Shown: positions 25,131 through 36,704 of the stretch, piece by piece
Numbering within the stretch: position 1 is the first letter of the stretch
Layout of the letters: each line of letters opens with the position of its first letter
Assembly (NCBI RefSeq): GCF_018350175.1
Contig: NC_058375.1
Coordinates: 3,224,001 to 3,288,000 of the forward strand
DNA from: Felis catus
Taxonomy: Eukaryota
DNA: 64,000 nucleotides
Direction: 5' to 3'
Notes under the pieces: generated by a model
Databases searched by the model: none
Seen by the model: only the letters and a program-made list of their open reading frames with translations
Told to the model about the DNA's origin: nothing
Program-made: the position numbers and the translations under genes

Positions 25131-26269
25131 AAAGGTGCAGCTCAGACCACCTTGGGCCTCCTTTGGGGAGGAAGAAGTGAACGTGGCCGAAGGGAGAAGG
25201 ATGCAAGGGTCGGGTCCACTGCTGGCTGGGCAGCTCCCACGGAGGCCAGATGCAGGCTGGTCCCTCACACCCCTGTGGCTGATTCAGTGCAAATGGCCAG
25301 CAGACTCCAAATGCTCCCAATCCAGCCAAGATGATCGAGCAAATCATCACCCAAGGCTCTCTATCACCTCCCTTCACACACCGGCTAGGAATGGGGGGGG
25401 ATACTGGTCCCCTTTATAGACTGTGACCTGCCCACTGAGGCAAAGTTCTAACGGGACCTTGGATTGCACACGAGACCCTGGAAAGATGCAGGGTCCTGCC
25501 CTGTGAGCAAACGGGCAGAAGAGGAGGCTGAGCCAGGAGCGAGGTCATGACAAACACCTGCCTCAGAAGCTTCCGGTATCCCTGTGCACTCCAGGAGACG
25601 CGCCCCGTCACTCTGACGGCCGTTCAAGATTTCTGTGGTGGTGGGTGTGGCCCCGCCCAGCAAGGAGATGCTTCCGTGGGGCCTGCGGCTTCTCACCAGG
25701 GATTTGAGAAGAAGTTAGAAATGTTTTTCTCCAGGAAAAATATGTGCAATCTTGCAAGAGTGTTCTGCCTGTCGGGTGTGGCCACGTTCGCGGAAAACCC
25801 CAGCGAACCGCGTCTGATTAAACCCCCACGTGAACTGGCGGGAAGCCCGGCTTTCCATGGGTGCCCCCCTTTCCCCCGACAGTGTGGTACTGCGTCCAGT
25901 TCCCCCAGCGGCGGCTTGCACGAACAGGAGAGCTCTGCAGACGTTTTGCCAATATGTTGTTGTTTGTGTTTGTGTTTCCCTGTCTGGGATCTGGCTGCCT
26001 TGCCTGGCTCCATCACTGAGGAACAGATGGGGGGCCGCTGGGGTCTGCAGAACCCAGCCTCTCCAGATGGCCTTCTTTGGACTCCCCGCCTCCAGCCTGG
26101 CGCCCCCTCTAATACTCGGAGGTTGTCCGTCATTCAGAGCCTTGCACTTTGCTGTTTCATTCATAGTTGTTTGGCTCCCTGTCTGTTTCCCTGGGGGCTG
26201 GGATGCCCTTTGCTGGCCAGTTCCAAGGCCTGTCTACCTGGGAACCAGCAGCTGTTCCCAAGCACCTGA

Positions 26270-27430
26270 CATACTTTCCTTCATTTCCTATGGACGTTCC
26301 TCAGATCGCATCTACAAAGTCCTGGGTCTCTTCCGGGCTCTGGCAAAAAGGGTGAAGGGAACAGACCTCTCCCTGCCCTCTCGTGGAGTTAATATATTGA
26401 AGGGGAGGGGAGGCAATGAAAGAAAAGGTAAACGAGTTGTCTCGGCAAGGTTGCTGGTGACAGGGATGAAGGAGAGAGGTGAGGGGGCAGCCAGGACAGG
26501 ACCAGAGGTGTGGCTTCAGATAGTGAGATGAGAGGTGACCGAAGGAGGGCCAGAAGCACCCTGAGATCATTCATAAGAAGAATGTTCCGGTATCGGGAAC
26601 AGGATGGGAGGAGACCCCAGCAGGCAGCCGGCGAGTGTGAGAAGGCATGATACGGGGAGCCCAGGGGGGTCTCAGTGCTGATGTGGTGGTGGGGTGGGGG
26701 AGGAAGCAGAGCGTGAGAGTCTACAAAGGCAAGGACGGGGCTCTGATGCTGCTGGGGCAGCAGGACTTTGGGAGAGGGGTGGGGATCTAATTTGTCACTG
26801 AGTGGGACCCATGCTTTGCTGACACTAGATCCTGGGTGTCCCTGAGGACAATGCAGGAGGAGCCCTCAGCTGTCACAGCAAGCAGGCAGAACATGATGGT
26901 GGCACATCTACGGTGGTAACCGGAAAGGATGAGGAACAGGCTCTGGACACTGGTGGATTGTGATGGCAGAGCTTATGTGATTTGGTGGCAGCTTGGGTGA
27001 GGGCTGCGGCCAGGCAGTCCTCTCAGGGAGAATGGAGCCAGCTGGGTAAGGAGCCATCTGGCCACTTAAGCTTGAGATACTCACAGACAGGACACGGGTG
27101 CCCAGGCGTCCGGAGATCAGAGGAACAGCTCCCACTACAGAGATGAATTGCGGGGTCATCAGTTAGTCGGCTGTATCTAAGACCATGAGATTGGAGTTGG
27201 GGGTACAGCAAGTCAGCAAGGGGCCCAGCTGTAGACCCCAGGGATGAGGGTAGTGGGGAAAACCAGGAAAGTCATGAGTAGGAGCCACTGGGTCGAGTGC
27301 TGCCTACAGACCCAGCAAGGTGAGGGCTAAGAACTAAACCATCGCATCGGCCAACCCCTGGATTGAGTCAATGGTAAGCTTGACGAGAGTCATTGTGACA
27401 GGATCATCGTGGGCAACCCCGAGTGGAGAG
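26270..27430 (-). mobile_element. L2 LINE
   Basis: ACAGACCTCTCCCTGCCCTCTCGTGGAGTT..., GAACTAAACCAT and other antisense L2 blocks; GA-rich. Confidence 0.7.
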
Positions 27431-27451
27431 GGTTTTGTTTTGTTTGGGACA

Positions 27452-27805
27452 CTCTTTTTACTAAGCTTTAAGTATAATTGGTTCAAAATGAACTGCACAT
27501 AAATAATGTGCACAATTTGAGGTTTTGACATGTACGGGATGTGTATGTATGTCTGCGGATGTACATAGACACACACATATATGTCTATGTGTCTATGAAA
27601 CCAGTAAAGACAAAACATCTGTGACTTCCAGACGTTTCCTTGGTCCCCCTAGGATCCCTCCTCCTCCCCCCTGCCCAGTCACACCCCATTCCCCAGGCAA
27701 CCACTGACATGCTGGCTGATGTAGAATCCTGAACTCACGGAATTGTGCTGTATGGACGATTTTTCTGTCTGTCTCCTTGTCTTTCTCACTCAGTTTCTTA
27801 GGAAA
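27452..27805 (-). mobile_element. Old L1 (L1MC/L1MD-type) 3' end
   Basis: AAGTATAATT..AACTGCACATA..TTTTGACATG..CCCCAGGCAACCACTGA. Confidence 0.7.
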
Positions 27806-28171
27806 CTGTCAAATTCTTGTCCAAAGGGATTGTGTCATGAACCTTTCTGGTGAGCATCCCGTGGAGGGAAGGAACCAGCTGTCTCTGTGTCTGCGGCTCC
27901 CGGGGTTCAATACCACAACACTGGCCGACACCTGGCCTGCAGCAGTCCATTCCAACTCTAGCTGATCTCTTCCCAGCCTCTTCTTCCCACCCTCCACCAT
28001 GGGTGAGGCAGTCCCTGTGTCCTGAACCTCCTTGGGGGTCTGCTTGTCCTGGGATTTCAAGCTAGTTGGTAGCCTTTCAAGTTCTATTATTAACCCATTT
28101 CACAGATGAAGAAACGGAGGCAGAGTGAGAGTAGGCACGTCGCTCAGTGTCAAAGAGCTATGACACCAACC

Positions 28172-28885
28172 ATCAGACACCATGGAACCCAGTATGGAGG
28201 ATCCTCAGAAAGCAAAAATAGAACTGTTATGCGATCCAGCAGCCCTACTCATGGGTCTATCTGTGAAGGAAATGAAATCAGTCTCTGGAAGAGTTCTCTG
28301 CACACCTGTGTTCACAGCAACATTATTCACAATAGTCAGGACGTGGGAACAACCTAGGTGTCCATCGGCAGATGGATGGATAAAGAAAATGTGGTGTGCG
28401 TATAACGCGGTATTATTCAGCCTTAGTAAAAAGGAAATCCTGCCATTTACAACGACGTGGATGAACCTTAGGGGCATCATGCTGAGGTGAATCCGAGAAA
28501 GACAAATACTGTATGGTCTCACTTAGGTGTGGAATCTTAACCAGCTGAACTCAGAAACAGAGTAGAGTGGTGGTCTCCAGGCGCTGGGGGAGGGGGAAAT
28601 AGGGACATATTTCTCAAAGGGGACAAGCTGCCAGTTACAAGACGGACGCGTTCTGGGGCTCTATCAGACAGCATGGTGACCGCAGTTAACAATACTGGGT
28701 TACACACTTGAGAGTTGGTTCAGACAGCAGATCTTAGATGTTCTCACTACACACAAAAAAGTGATAAGTAAGCGGAATAATGGCTATGTTAACTAACCTT
28801 AATGTGGTAATCATTTCATAAGATAGGGTGTATAAATCATCACGTCGCACGTTTAAACCCACGCAACATTTGGTATGCCAATTTG
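28172..28885 (+). mobile_element. L1 (L1MA9/L1MB-like) ORF2 C-terminus and 3' UTR
   Basis: ORF track 28182-28490 translates to L1 ORF2 C-terminal sequence ([41 protein letters not shown]). Confidence 0.9.
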
Positions 28886-31800
28886 GGCTCCAGAACTTGA
28901 GCCACTAAACTCTGAACCACTAAATTACCTCTGCCTGAGTACACAGTAGGTCCTTAATTGGTGTCTGTTGAATGCCAGGCAGGAGAGAGAATGAGGTTTG
29001 GCTAACTGGGTGGTGCGGCCAACCCTGAATTATCCCCCATGTGCAGTGCAGCACTGGGGACCAGCCTGAGCCCTCCTCCATCGGGCTTCCCCATGTGGCC
29101 AGCACAGAGGACTCACGTAACTGCTTGTTTGGGATCCCTAGGCAATGGGCTTGTAATTGATTTCTGTATAGGGAACATTCATATTCATGAACGACAATTA
29201 CATTGTCAGAAATTCCCAACCATTTAGATGTGTTAAAAGTTGTATTTTCAGAGGCTCTTATGGCTTTTAAATCATTATCTGCCGTCCATTGGAAGGGTTT
29301 AATTGACTTCTTGCAAGTGCCTTCATAAAGTATCCACTAAATAGATCTGAAGTAGTGAAGTCTTCCCTTCTTGCTGACAAAGTGATTTTGTGTCATTAGT
29401 TTCAGTGGCTAAAATACAAATCAGAAGGTGAAATACATACACACACTATTATGAAGCGCAGTATCGCTTTTCAGACGTCTTGAAGTCACTCGGGGAAATT
29501 GGAAAAGTCTTGCCGTTTTTAATATGCCAGGGTCTGCCTGAGCCCTCCTCCGTGATACTGCTTAATTCAAAATGAAATGGTATTTATCCAGAATTTGCCT
29601 TTTTTAGACCACACCATCTAAGAATATGGGTTAAACGTGATAAAACTCTGCTTCCGAGAACTTTGCCCTCTCCACCTTCCCCTGCTGGAATTGGAGGCCC
29701 CTACAAAAGGAACATACTGGTAACAAGCCAGCCCACAACGTTCTGAACTTAAGGAGGCTCGGCGCCTAACGAGCTGGTGACTGCCAGCAGCCGATTCACC
29801 CCTCAGTGTTTAGGCCTGATCTCCACGAGCAGAGTTTCTGAGGTCCTTCACACACTAACCATCTGGAGTGGACCCCAATACTGTGTGTGCATGTGTGTGC
29901 ACACATTAACACACGTGTGTGCGTGTGTTTGCATACGCTCATGTGCGTGTTCACGTGTGTGCACGGGTAGCATGCCCCGATGATGCTGGTTCGCTCCCAG
30001 GTAAACCGGGATTAGCGTATTCGAGATTTCTCAACAGCGTTCTGACCTTTGGGCTCTGTTCAGACTTGTTTTTCATGTGATTTGGGTAATGGTTTTGGCT
30101 TTCTTAATGAATGGACGATAAAACCAAAGTAGAGGGGCAAAATAAAATGACTTTGATGATCCGACATTTACAGCCACCTATAAAAGATTGCAATACCATG
30201 GATGAGATCCACTGGGGGAAGGTCCTTATTACAGCAAATCTCACATCGTTATTAGAGTCTGAGCACCCTGACATGTTTTCCAATTTCCCTTTAAACATTT
30301 GCTATTATGGTCATGACTGCTGTTGTTATCACCGTTGTCATTATTTTGCCTGGAGAATCATCCCACAAGGCAGCAGATGGTTACGAAGAAATTGTCTTGA
30401 GCTGCCTCCCTGAAACTTGGTCCTGTGCCTTTGAGCCCGGCTCTGGGAGGTGTGGGTCTGAATTGGAAAGAGAGAAGAACCCCTCCACAGATCTCGTCAA
30501 GGAGCCTGTTGGTACTGGCACAGAGCTTTTGGAGTGTGCCAAGATCCAGTCTGACGTGAAATATAGGTAGCTAGAAAATTATAGCCAGGGGCCAATGCCC
30601 AGAAAACACACACCATGGCTGTGAGCCTGAAAACTGGCAGAGTCGACCCGTTGGATTCGTGCATTTCTAGATTGACCGGCATTGATTTCTGTTCGTATGT
30701 TGAGGGTGGCAAATCAAACTTACACGATAGAAAACAAAACCATCTCACCGGGAGCAGCCCAGTGAGCACACAGTAATGGCTGGAGAGCGGACAGAAAGTC
30801 ATTAGCACGTGTGTGTAAAATACATGTAAAGAAAGACAAGCTGAGACCTGTACCATGAAGCAGGAACAGAGGGCAGGGTTCATAGTTTGGAGCTCACCAA
30901 ATTCAAACACAGGCAGACAAACACAGACTGCCATGGTCATTCCCTGCATCTCACATACGCCCCGGTTACACCTGGAAGTTGCTCGTTTCGGGTAGATGAC
31001 CCGTGTGACATCATCCATAAGCCCAGTCGGTAGACACCAGGAGCGCCAGCTGGATCCCCCTGACCCAGGTAGACTTGCTCAGGTCAAAGCATCTCTCCAA
31101 AAGCACCACCTCTCCACGTGTGGTGGGTTCTACCGTAGGTGAGCCAGGGCACCCAACACGTGTTTGACCCTCCTTCTTCAAGCAGAGTCCCTGCCTCTCT
31201 GCATCCAGACTTCCTGGTGGGTCCCCATCAGCCACAATGTGTCTTTCTTGCTAACACTGTCAAGGGAAAACATGTCCCCCAAAGCCAGGCTCCCGGCGCC
31301 TTGCGAAGAGGCGCTCACCTGCACAGCAATTTATGCAAGGGCAGCGAACAACGCAGATTTCATCTGGTCCCCCGAGTGCAGCGTGTCCCTGGGGAGGGTG
31401 CCCCGGGAAGCAGCTCTTGTCAACGCTTGGTCCCCGTCACATCTCCAGTAGACCCGACTGTGACAATTCCCTGACAGCTCATTTACATGTCATGGCCTAC
31501 CTTTTTGTTGGCGCTCCTTTCCTCTGAGACGCTGTGTGCAACAAAGGCAATGGAGGAGAACTCCTGGAGCCACGTGGTAGGAAGGGCCTGGACACCCTGC
31601 ACCCTGCTGTGCCCCCGCTGTGTCTGCAGGGCGACTCAGACAGGGAGGGCTCCTTCCCATCCAGTGCTCCTCCCTGGGGTGTCAGCGTGTAAAACATGCA
31701 GAGCAGACAGCCCCCAGGTCCCAGCCTCCCTGCCACTGCAGACAGGCTGGCTCTGACCCTGTGTGGACAGTGGCTCATTCAACAGGATGAGACTGAGCAC

Positions 31801-32599
31801 TTTCCTAGGGCAAGCATCCCTCTGCTGGGCCCTAGGGATGCAGGGACAAAAGGACCTCACGGGCTGTTGGGAATGATGGACAAGTGAGTATGCTTTGATA
31901 AATGACATTATGGAAGTAGGGACTGAGCGAGGGCTATGGGGCACTGAGCAGTGACCCTGAAGCTCCTTAAATCAGACAGTATGGGAGAAGGAGGGCCTGA
32001 GGTGGGGCAAAGTTCTAGAGAAGTCCCAGCTGCCAGGTGCAGAGGATACCAGTGAATGAGCACAAGTAAGTGCAGCAGGGACGTTCTGAGCAGACCCTTA
32101 CTTCCTGGTAGGGACATTCCCCATGTCACAGTGCCTCAGCCTTGCCACTCACCTTACAAACCCTTGGATGACCTGAACAGTCTCTCTGTTTCCGGGAAGA
32201 AAGCCAAATCAACAGGCGGAGGTCGGGAGTCCCTGTTCTTGAATGGGCACACATGGGAATGTTGGAGCCTGGGGACAGACATGCTGTCACCTGCCTTCCT
32301 GCTCCTGGGGCCGTGTCTATAGCAGCTCCATGCAACTGATTCGCAAAGCCCGGACAGAAGGAGCGATGTGTCGGGAAATGCCACCAGTGCAAAGGCCAAC
32401 ACACTGCCCTTCAAGGTAGAGTGAGCCCTTGATGTTATTCCAAGGGAGACAGAAAGCCATTTGCCAGGATGGGTGTGCACATGCTTCGGGCCCCAGAGAG
32501 GGAGGCAGAGCCCCGGCATGGATCCCGCTTCACGTTGGTCTGCAAACACTCATCCCCAGCATGCTTTTCGAAACTTGCAAACTCCCATGTTGCGGAACA

Positions 32600-32775
32600 G
32601 GGACCTGGACGCCAGCCCTCAGTGGTCATGTGACTGTGGGCAGTCATTCAACCTCTCTGCCTCAGTTTCCCATCTGTAAAGAGGGAGGACAGCAGTGGCT
32701 CTCCACAACCACTATCAGACTTACATGTGAGAAGGCACAGATAACACACAGCTCTTGGCTGGTGAGTGATGGTGG
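32600..32775 (+). mobile_element. MIR SINE
   Basis: TGTGACTGTGGGCAGTCATTCAACCTCTCTGCCTCAGTTTCCCATCTGTAAA. Confidence 0.8.
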
Positions 32776-32789
32776 TTGTTTTATTTTTT

Positions 32790-33300
32790 ACTGTATTGGG
32801 ATTATACACGTTTTAATTGCAACTTAGCTCATAAGTCTCCTTTTGGTTTTTCCTCTTTCTTTGATTTCTTATTTGCTTATGAGTTTAGCTGTGCATCGTG
32901 ACCTTCCCTGGGGGATCCTCCAGGGTGGGGCTTGGGGAACACACCCTCCCCGTTCCAGATCAGTGCAGGGTGGCCCCATCTATCCTGTGACCCCTTGAAC
33001 TCAGAGCTAGGGGACATGGCCTGCAGGCAGCCCGTGGTTCTTCCCCAAACTTTGACCCTCATGTGAATGATCCTGAAATCTAGGGAGTGGAGTCAAGGCG
33101 GGCTGCGGGCATCAGGGGACACTGTCCAGCAGCTGCTGTGTCCAGCCAGCTGCTCTTGGCTTCTGCCTGTTCAGCCTGTCCTGTCCGCCTGCCTATTGAT
33201 TCTGGGAGCCACCCAGGAGCATCCCAATAAAACCCTCCCTCCCTGAGTAAGTAGCCAGAGGCAGTTTCTGTGGCGTTAACCAAGAACCCAGAGCTGTGAG
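32790..33300 (+). mobile_element. Old ERVL-class LTR (LTR33/LTR41-like)
   Basis: 3' end CCAATAAAACCC..AAGTAGCCAGAGGCAGTTTCTGTGGC..AACCAAGAACCC. Confidence 0.6.
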
Positions 33301-33714
33301 TAAATAGAGTTGGCTCATGAGGCGGGAGCTTCTCCAAGTAAACCCGGATGGACAGAGACCAAAGGAGACTCTCCTTGCTGGGCTCTCTCTCCCTCTCCCT
33401 CTGTCTCGTCCTGCACAATCCCTGGTCCTTTGTCGGAAACAGCATCAGAATCTCTACCCCGAGGCCAGCTGTCCGCAGGGACGGCCTCCCCTTCTGGTCT
33501 GGGAGAGTCCAAGGCCAGGCCCCCAGCTGTCCCCCGTTGCATCCACCCTCAAGACCCTTCTGCTTTCAAGGTCAGAGCTCCTTGGATTCAAGCGCAAACT
33601 GACATTCAGTTTAAACCGAGCCGTCATTGTGGAAAGAAGGCGTTGCCCTGCCAACAGGATGTCCTGGTCTTTTAAAGTTAGCCTTGTCCAGCACCCCATC
33701 CCAAGGCGGCCTCA

Positions 33715-33875
33715 GAGGAGAGGACTGAGTCCTCCTTCTGATGCCTGGGGGCTTAGTAACCTCAACCAAGTCCTTTGTCCTCTCTGGGCCTCAGTTTCTC
33801 CAGCTCTAAAATGGGAGCAATGCCTGCCTTACTTACCCAATAAAACGCTTGTGCACAGCAAATCAGATTGAGTAC
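33715..33875 (+). mobile_element. MIR SINE
   Basis: CCTCTCTGGGCCTCAGTTTCTCCAGCTCTAAAATGGGAGCAAT. Confidence 0.75.
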
Positions 33876-34417
33876 TGAGTGATTCACCGAGTCCCCACCT
33901 GGATTGCTCCTGGATTGCATCAGTAAATACCCCGTGTTTTCTTCTTTGGCGTGTGCACTGGGTGTCCGGGTGGATTTGACTGTTGTCACCCTGGGGTCCA
34001 GAACTGGACACCACCACCTTTCCAGGGTCCTGAGAGCTCCCCAGTGCCACCAGCCTGAATCCTCAGGGCCAGACTGGAGGCCGACCTGGGGAATAGATTC
34101 AACACACTGTCTAATACATGGTTGAACAGGAAAGTGAAACACACATCACACATCCACTGAGGGCTCCACATGGGTGTGTTTGCTTGAAAAACAAGACACC
34201 CCCACCCCCAGCTCCCTGTTAACTTGGGAAATCATGCTCCAGCCAGCGCACTTGACCTGCCCTGCCGCCGTCCTTCTGGGCACTCACTTCTGGGGTGTTG
34301 AAGTGCATGGCCGCATCCTGAACTGAGGGCACTATCCTGATGGACTGACTGTCAAAGCAGCTGCTCTCATGGCCGGGACGCAGGTGGGGAAACCAAGGCT
34401 TATGGACGCTAAGTGAC

Positions 34418-35245
34418 CGATGAGGGAGCATAAGACAAGCTGAACCCTGCAAACCATTTCCCCCCCACCCCAGATGGGATGTGTGTGAAACTCCTCAGGC
34501 ACTCCCAGCTGCCCCAGAACAAAGGGAAAAAAAAGAAAATAAATGACTGATAGAGATCAAAGTCATGCTGGACAGGAGTCTCCATCAGTTTACCAATATC
34601 TTAGTAAATTACCAGAAGAAGGCAATCTTATCAACAGCCTAATCCCCAGAACTCCCTACTGTCTTGATGACCATGCTTTGCTAGAGGGAAGAACATTAGC
34701 GTGACAATAGCCAGGCTTCCAGTAACCTCCTTCACTCCTTCACTCCAGTGAATCTTCTTTAGCAGGAGGAAATCCTTTTAAGAAACTTCCTCTTGACTTT
34801 ACCTCCCCCGGCTCCACACTATATAACCAGTCAGTCTTCACAATCCCAGTGCAGCTCTTCCTGCCCACGGGTCCTGTTCCGTGCTTTAATAAAATCACCT
34901 TTTTGTGGGGCGCCTGGGTGGCGCAGTCGGTTAAGCGTCCGACTTCAGCCAGGTCACGATCTCGCGATCCGTGAGTTCGAGCCCCACGTCAGGCTCTGGG
35001 CTGATGGCTCGGAGCCTGGAGCCTGTTTCCGATTCTGATTCTGTGTCTCCCTCTCTCTCTGCCCCTCCCCCGTTCATGCTCTGTCTCTCTCTGTCCCAAA
35101 AAATAAATAAACGTTGAAAAAAATAAATAAATAAAATAAAATAAATAAATAAATAAATAAAATCACCTTTTTGCACCAAAGACATCTTCAAGAAGTCTTT
35201 CTGGGCCTTCAGCTCCGGAGCCCCCATCATTCCAAAACCCGGTGC
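34418..35245 (+). mobile_element. Carnivore solo LTR, same family as 22178-22878, inserted in a MIR
   Basis: Shares GAGTCTCCATCAGTTTAC, TATATAACCAGTCAGT and CTTCCTGCCCACGGGTCCTGT with the first copy; antisense MIR pieces on both sides. Confidence 0.8.
34907..35155 (+). mobile_element. Young SINEC_Fc inserted in the LTR
   Basis: TSD AATAAAATCACCTTTTTG; internal 6-bp duplication GATTCT. Confidence 0.95.
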
Positions 35246-35374
35246 TGATGGCAGAGTGGGGTCCTTTCTGACTCCATGGCCACTGCTGGTCATGATGTGG
35301 GAGTGAGTGGTGTAGCTACAAAAGCAGGTGGGGCCCCACATGGTTCAGGACGGGGAGCACAGCAAGGCACTGAG

Positions 35375-35815
35375 TGTGTTGGGCACAAAAACAGCCCCCA
35401 GGATGTCCCCCATTGCCATCCTCAGACCTGCAAACATGTCACCTTGCAAGGCAAAGGGTACTTCTCAGATGAAGTTTTCAGACCTTGAGGTGGGATATGA
35501 CCCTGGCTTATCTGGGCAGGGCAGTGTCACCACAAGGGTCAGAGTCCGGAGACCTTAGGAGGTGCATCCTGATGGCTTTGGATGGAGGATGGGGCCACAA
35601 GCCAAGGAGTACAGGCGGGTTCTAGAAGCCAGAAGAGGCAAGAAGCGGTTCTCCTTGTAGAGCCTCCAGAAAGAAAGTATACCTACACTTGATATTAGCC
35701 CTGGGGGACCCACTCCAGACTGCTCACCTCCAGAACTGCAAGGTAATATGTGTGGGTGGTTTTAAGCCAGGAAACGTGCATTCCTTTGTTACTGTGGCAG
35801 TAGGATCTGAGTACC
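35375..35815 (+). mobile_element. MaLR LTR (MLT1D-like)
   Basis: ATGTCACCTTGCAAGGCAAAGGG..GACCTTGAGGTGGGA..CTCCAGAACTGCAAGGTAAT..TTTAAGCCA. Confidence 0.85.
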
Positions 35816-36170
35816 CCAAGCCTGCAGCCCCCAGAATGAGCCCAGCTCGCTCCTTCCTGGCCGCACGGCTGAGAGCAGAAGGATTAAGCTTCATTGGGAG
35901 GTGGAGGCAGTAACAATTCCTCCCTCGAAACGGTGGCAGTAAAGCACTCAGAATAGCATCCAACCGGTAAAAAGTGTCTCCCCAGGAAATACTAGCTACT
36001 GTCACGATGCACAACAGACAGGAAAGAACCATCAATCGCCAATGCCTGGGAGCTTTTCAGAGTGATGCCATGTGAGGTGAGCTACGTATGGAGCTGCCAG
36101 ACATCAGAGGGGATGAAGGTGTCCCCTTGTTCGGAGAGATGGGCCTTTGCTTCCCTGACCACTGGTATTC

Positions 36171-36380
36171 TTTTTTTTTTTTTTAATTTTTGTTTATTTA
36201 TTTTGAGAGAGAGAGAAGGAGCAGGAGAGGGGCAGAGAGAGAGAGGGAGAGAATCCCAAGCAGGCTCCATGCTGTCAGCATGGAGCCTAACATGGGGCTT
36301 GAACCCACAAACCATGAGATCATGACCTGAGCCGAAACCAAGAGTCAGGTGCTTAACCGACTGAGCCAGCCAGGCGCCCT
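36171..36380 (-). mobile_element. Can-SINE, older subfamily
   Basis: Full antisense element; TSD TGACCAC(TG/CA)GTATTCTT. Confidence 0.9.
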
Positions 36381-36484
36381 TGACCACCAGTATTCTTTAT
36401 GCTGGCACTTGGGCAGCTCCTCTGGAACTGGCAGCAGCATCTGCAATGATGCTTTTGTTGGCTTGCTTCCTGCCCAGGGCACAC

Positions 36485-36704
36485 ACTATCCTGCAAAGTC
36501 TGTGGGGCTGGTGTTCTGTCTGTTTGGTTCACAGTTATAGACCCAGCACCTAAGCCAGGGCATGAAGCCTGGTAGGTACTCAACAGATCTGTGTTGAATA
36601 CATGGGTGGATGTATGGATGGATGGGTGGATGGATAAATGAATAAGTGGATGAATGGATAGATGGATGAATAAAAGGATGGATGGAGGGATGGATGGATG
36701 GATG
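36485..36704 (+). mobile_element. L2 3' end with (GGAT)n tail
   Basis: CCCAGCACCTA..GCCTGGTAGGTACTCAACAGAT..TGTTGAAT followed by GGAT repeats. Confidence 0.75.

Noticed and set aside
29882-29965. Self-complementary TG/CA stretch as a pre-miRNA hairpin
   Set aside because: Low-complexity alternating purine-pyrimidine repeat; pairing follows from composition alone.
22178-35245. Two co-oriented related LTRs 12 kb apart as ends of one provirus
   Set aside because: No gag/pol/env between them, the interval holds older L2 and MIR, and each LTR interrupts a different host element, so they are independent solo LTRs.
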